The position numbers were made by a program, and so were the translations under genes. DNA of 64,000 nt from the human T2T-CHM13v2.0 reference genome, Homo sapiens: assembly GCF_009914755.1 (NCBI RefSeq), contig NC_060932.1, one strand, 5' to 3'. Shown piece after piece: positions 40,386 to 64,000 of the stretch. Numbering within the stretch: the first letter of the stretch is position 1; every line of letters begins with the position of its first letter. Under the pieces are notes generated by a model. The model saw only the letters and a list, made by a program, of their open reading frames with translations. It searched no databases and was not told the DNA's origin.

Positions 40386-42732
40386 TATACATGTTTATAT
40401 ATATAAATCTATATATAGATTAGAAGTCACTGGGTTCTGCCCCAGGAGAGTCTTCTTTTCATACTGATCATATAGCTCTGGGCTCTGGGCTCCACTTTAT
40501 TCTGGAAAATGACACTTCCTTCCATTCCTAGCCCCTATTTTCTCTTCTCTTCCCAACTGATACAGTCCCTGTAACCCACACTGTTGCTTTAGTGACTTAT
40601 ACTCATGTGGCTACCTTTTCTAGGATGCTCTTTGCCAGTTGAAATCTAACCATTGAAGCCCCATTCTCTCCGTAAAGTCATGCTTCACTCATCCTGCACA
40701 CCTTAATGTTTTCCTTCTGGAAACTTTTCTAGCACTGTGCCATATTCACATTTGGTTACAAGCTGACTTAAATAATGTATGTAGGTCTTGTCTTCTCCAA
40801 TTAGACTGAGGACTTCTCAGTAGCAGAAATAATGTCTTCCCTTTTTTGGTATCACTCAAAGTGAAGAGTACACAGCCGACTTAATAAATACTCGGTGGCT
40901 GAATAGTGACTTTCAGATAAAAGAAGGCATAGAGGTGGGAGAGACCGGAGCCAAGGAAGGACTTTAATTATTTTGATTGATACTCTAGATTGACAAGAAA
41001 TTAGAGGAATTACACAATCTTGAGTAGTGGGAGAAAAGATCTTTAGAATATTCTTTTGGCCTCTTTATTGACAAAATTGAAATCCCTTCTAATCTTCTAA
41101 CCTCCAAAGAGCTAGAATTCTATTTCTGTCAGAAACTTAAAAACCATCTCCAAAAGCACAGATTTCACACTAAACTCCCCCAAAGTGTTCACTGTCTGGA
41201 TGAACATCAATTTACAACCCCCATCCCCACTTTGTTGAAAAATGTCTCTAAAGAACAGCATCAATAATAAATCTCTGATAGGCCTAGTTCATCTCCATAA
41301 ATCATTCAGGGACAGAGGTCAGGAGATAGTATTCTTTTGATATTATTTAAGGCAGATTGTACAGTTCAGGCCCCATTAGTGAGCACAAAAGGACACCCAT
41401 AAAATATTCACAGGCTGTGGTACAAACGCATTGACTGCCTGGGGCACCCACCTCCGGAGGGATTAGATTAGTCAGAAGAACTTGCGGTTGCAGCCTACAT
41501 GCTCCCTTAAGCTCAGAGGTTCCCATAGCTCATCAGCAAATCTGATCTAGAATTTTCCAGGGATTTCAAAAAATCCACAGGAGAAAGAGTGAGATAAGCC
41601 AGAGGTAAAGAAACTATTTTGCCCAGGGCCCCTAGCCTAAGGAGAAGCAACTGACTTTTTCCCCCCAAGAATAATGTGGACAAGGAGCAAAGCTCTCCTC
41701 TGAGAAATATTAGATAAATTAAGAGTTGGATAAAAAGAAATCTGGCAGAGGTAGGCCTGGGGAGGAGTCCAGCCTACATCCATATACAAAGACACTCTCC
41801 TCCCTGTATTCATTATCAATATTTTAAAAATCAAATATAATTCAATTTAACCAATATTTGACTGCATATGTAATAAATGCAAGGTACTTGCCCAACAGGG
41901 AATTAAAGTGAATATGACACACTTGACATTTCCAGAAAGTTAGAATTTGTTTGAAGGTAATTATGCTGTTACAATGGAATCAAATGTCCGTAGAATTCCT
42001 ACTTTGTTACCAGGCAGGTAAACAAGAGCTTGTTTTCCCAAGCATGTCACATGTTGCACCTGCAGGTGGGTGGTGGAGGTGAGGCCTGAGCCTAGGAGCA
42101 GAGGAAGAAGAACCAGTCACCCCTGATTCAGATCTAGAAGGTGTCACTTAGGCAGGAAACATGAGAATGGGTGGGCAATCCTGCTTCTGGAGGGAAGAGA
42201 AGGTCGGAGAAAATGGCACAAGCTCCAAGAGATGTCGCCTGCGGTTTTAATCTTCTGGCTGCTGGGCATGAAGCAGTTAAAGAGAAACCCAAGACAGCTG
42301 CAGCCAGGGGCTCCATAATAGCCACGCAGAGGAAGCGCATAGAGGTCATTTTTCTATGCCACGAAGGGAGACTTGTTTCAGCTGAGACCCAATCTGGATG
42401 CTGTTCTGCTCACCAGGAAGCCAGGAGCTATAAAACCCTCCCAGTGCCACAGCATGCGTGACTCAGAGGCAGCTGAGCAGGACCCAGAACAGAGGGACAG
42501 CTGCTGCGGGCTCACCCTTTTCCATCTTCTACGGGAGGAAAGCACAAGCCTCCCTAGAAACAGGATGATTTAGCCATCGTTTACCAATATAAATTCCAGA
42601 CAAATGAAAGGCTTGGTATAAAAACTAGAAAAACTAAAGAAAAGAAAAGTGAATATTTAGCTGATCTCGAGCAAAGGGAGAAGGCATCAGTAATAGTAAC
42701 AGTACTGAGATACTTGCTCAAAGTCTATCTAG

Positions 42733-43759
<1,027 letters not shown>

Positions 43760-43836
43760 TAATGCCTAGTTTTTGGTGTATGGTGACCAGCTTTTTAGAG
43801 AGTCAACTGGGAAACAATCATAACAGACCAAAAAAA

Positions 43837-43869
<33 letters not shown>

Positions 43870-43870
43870 T
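43837..43870. repeat. (TA)n microsatellite
   Basis: About 17 TA units with one interruption. Confidence 0.9.
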
Positions 43871-44074
43871 TTACACATATGTGTGTTACTACTTTAACAT
43901 AAAATATGAAAAATAGGTATTTATTTAAAATTACATATTCTGTGTTACTTTTCTTCCATAAATGCTATTATTTAAACAAAACCACATAAGACTAGTTAAC
44001 AGAGGCAATTAGTAGTAATTAATAATAGAAGTAATTAAAAATAATGTGCAAGAAAGTATAATGATATTTTATAA

Positions 44075-46974
<2,900 letters not shown>

Positions 46975-47491
46975 AATAATAATTTTTTATAGCTGGCAGC
47001 CAGACAGTCGTCTTATGGGCACATGTCTAAGGAGACTACCTCCTTCCATTTTTATAAAGTCTAATATCTCATTAAGTAATCTTGCAGCTTTGAGGGAACT
47101 AACAAGTGACCAAAACTTTCATAATGAAAGCCTCAATGTTACAGGTAAGCAAGCCACACTCCATTTTAGCAATGTGGTGTCCAAAGTGTGCAGGACATTG
47201 AACAGGAAAGATCTTTTTTATTGTCTTTGGTAAGCAATATAAAAATGGAATGAAATTTCCCAAAATTTACATTTGTACTATTTGCCACATATGCAAATAG
47301 ACTGGCAAGGCCCAGTTTATATTTGGATAATATATCAATATTAACTATATATCAATAATTTTGTTCTATGTTTTCTATAGTTTCATTAAAATCCTCATAG
47401 AAATCAAGAGGATGATTTGAAATTTGATTTTTTTTTTTTTTTTTTTTTTTTTTGTGAAAGTACCTAAGAAGTAGAGAGAACATTTTGTTGT

Positions 47492-48368
<877 letters not shown>

Positions 48369-48485
48369 TGGTGACTGTTGTTGGTGTGATCTAACCCATT
48401 CTTTGAAATACTGGTGTTTCATAGAGCAATCAAGGGAACGATATGATAATGTGTGTTCTTTAGCGTGGTATGCTCAAGCCAATTC

Positions 48486-52700
<4,215 letters not shown>

Positions 52701-53358
52701 GGAAAGGTAAATTGTGTTGGATCAACCCAAAAGACTGCCCCCCCTTTCCCTAGATTAACTTATTCCAAATTTCTCTCTTCCTTGTTTTTCAATGTTCAGT
52801 TCATCACCTAGTCCTTTATCAGAAGAGTAAGCGGAAGCTGGTGACCTGTAAGGCTCCAGTGGCTGAGGTTGGGGGCTGGTGGGGGCGAGGCAGTTTAGAA
52901 CTGCAAAATGAAAGCTCCAGTTTGCAAAAGCTAAGAAACTAGAACCTATCAAGCTGGCACTCAGGGGATGCAGCACCAAGGACCAAAGAAAAATAATCAC
53001 CACCATTCTGGGACCATCAAGGAGCCCAGACAACATGAAATTCCAGCCCCAGCCAAGGGGTGACTAGGTCACCGAAAGTCTGAAACTGGTTCTCTATCCA
53101 GGATGTTATCAGTAAACCATAAACCGGATCAAGAATCCAGGAAGTTATGAGGGCGGGTCAAGGTGTGTTTGTGGCCTGATTTGAAGACAAGGCTTGTTTG
53201 CTTTAGAAGGTACGTCTGTATAATTGCTCCAGGGCAGGAACTGGGGTGAGTTCGGCCTATCCCAGACAAATGGGGCCCAGGAGGAAGAACCTGAGAACTG
53301 TGTGGCTGCAGATGAGCCGACAGACGAAGGCTCAGGTGTGAAGAAACAGAGGTGACAA

Positions 53359-53548
53359 CAGTGCCACTCAACGCTGGCTGCACATTTGACTCACCTGGGA
53401 GCTTTAAAAAAAAAAAAAAAAAAATCCCAGTGTTCAGCCACGCCCCAGACCAATTAGATTGGAATTTCTGGGGGTTGGGCCCAGGCGCTGGTGTGTTTTT
53501 AAAGGCCCGAGGTGATTTTAATGTGCAGCCGGGACTGGGTGCCACTGG
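53359..53548. mobile_element. MER5A-type hAT MITE
   Basis: cagtg...ggctgcacatttgactcacctgggagcttt...aggtgattttaatgtgcagcc...cactg inverted-repeat structure. Confidence 0.82.
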
Positions 53549-53954
53549 ATTATCGGTAGGTTTTCAGAGCTGCTAAGAAGTTCATTCTGATGGATTCATT
53601 TTCTTGTGACTGGCTAGTAATTACAAAATAAGCTTTACAAAAATAGTGTTGAAAGAAACATTCAAACAATCCTAAATGTGCTTTTTAAACAGAGATAAAA
53701 TAAATCCTCTTAGACTTCACCACTATACAATTCATCCATGTAACCAAAAACCACTTGTACCCCCAAAACTATTAATAATTACAACTATATATATATTTTT
53801 TCAAAGGTCTATATGCCAAGGCAAATCTAAAAAATGAAATAAGAAAATAAATTATCAATAAAGCTCCTTCTAGCTTTAAAAGGAAAAAAAAGTTCTACTT
53901 AAGCTAAGGAGTTGGGGTTTTATCCACATGGAGCAGGACCCTGGAAGATTTTTT

Positions 53955-58283
<4,329 letters not shown>

Positions 58284-59189
58284 CTAAATTGATAGTCTTT
58301 TTCTGTCCTGTTTTCTACTTCTTTAGCTCATTATCTATCTCGTCTTTGGATTTGAAGTCTCAGCAAATCATGCTGTGGGATCTGTCACTATGCTCTCTAC
58401 ACCACGGACATGACTGCAACGGTATTTATGACTCCTCCTGTCTTTGAAAGGTGGGGGGAATAGTGGTTTCCTCTTTGTGCACTCTCCTAATCTCTTCCTT
58501 ACCATGCTCTTAATTTCCTAATTCCCCCAAATCTTTACAACTGGATTTAAGAAACTCCTGAATCCATTTCTCACTATCTCCTTTTGGAAAGCAAGCTATT
58601 TCCAGCAATCTTCCAAACTAAAGGGAGGGCCTGGATTCAAAGGGAATGTACCTCATCAGGGCCCATGCAGTTGAGGGTCAGGTGGAGGTCAGCCTACGGC
58701 TGGCAGGGGCAGGGATAGCAGACATGCACAGGTCACCCTGAAGAAGATGCAGAGACTCCAGGGTCATTTGGTCCAACACCAGATAAGCCGGGGTCAGCAA
58801 GGTTTCAGACAGATGAGGCCGATCACAATAGCATGGAGAACGTCCAGGCAAATGGCTCAGATCTTCCGCCAAGCCCTGCAGCGTCTGAAAGATACATCCC
58901 AGTTGGGCTGGAAGGTGAGGAGAGGTTACCATCGGCAGACCACAGACCAGCAGGACCCAGAGAAAAGGCCAAAGCAATTCTACATCTTCCCCATCACTTC
59001 AACTTTCAGGTTTACACATGCAGCTGCAGCGGGTGTCCTAAAGTTTTTCTGTTTGGGTTTTCCCCTCTTCAGTCTCTGCCTGGGTCCTCCTGTCCCTGCG
59101 AAACTTCTTCCCCCCGTCTGTCCCCACGGGGCCCAGCACCCTCTTGGCATTGAGCAGAGCTGCTGATCTGGGATCAAAGTCGAACATGT

Positions 59190-64000
<4,811 letters not shown>

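Noticed and set aside
53059-53073. Short palindrome ggtgac-tag-gtcacc (and tgaccc-cag-gggtca near 24343) as nuclear-receptor elements
   Set aside because: The half-site orientation does not match a canonical ERE, and 6-bp-arm palindromes are expected by chance in 64 kb.

Overview
This is primate, almost certainly human, genomic DNA rather than prokaryotic sequence. It holds the 5' end of the kinesin-3 gene KIF13B on the minus strand. Coding exon 1 (29187-29241, MGDSKVKVAVRIRPMNRR) lies in a CpG island and splices across a 17.5-kb intron to exon 2 (11554-11647, ETDLHTKCVVDVDANKVILNPVNTNLSKGDAR). Bases 1-11553 are intron 2, and about 29.6-64 kb is upstream intergenic sequence. The rest is mostly repeats: roughly 70 Alu copies or fragments (counted by eye), old L1 pieces, a THE1 solo LTR, Charlie1, MER5A and MADE1 DNA elements, and a SATR-type satellite array at the right end. 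Nearly every ORF in the supplied track is an Alu, L1 or GC-content artefact. The items most worth following up are: (i) a nearly complete but dead hAT (Blackjack-like) transposase scattered over 43.8-49.7 kb and absent from the ORF track; (ii) a candidate 19-nt poison microexon in KIF13B intron 1; (iii) a 90-nt exon-like unit just upstream of the promoter; (iv) two cases of local copying or gene conversion between old repeats; (v) a palindromic satellite whose unit changes from 63 to 76 bp. I cannot support a claim of a wholly new biological system here. Repeat subfamily names come from recalled consensus sequences and repeat boundaries are approximate.
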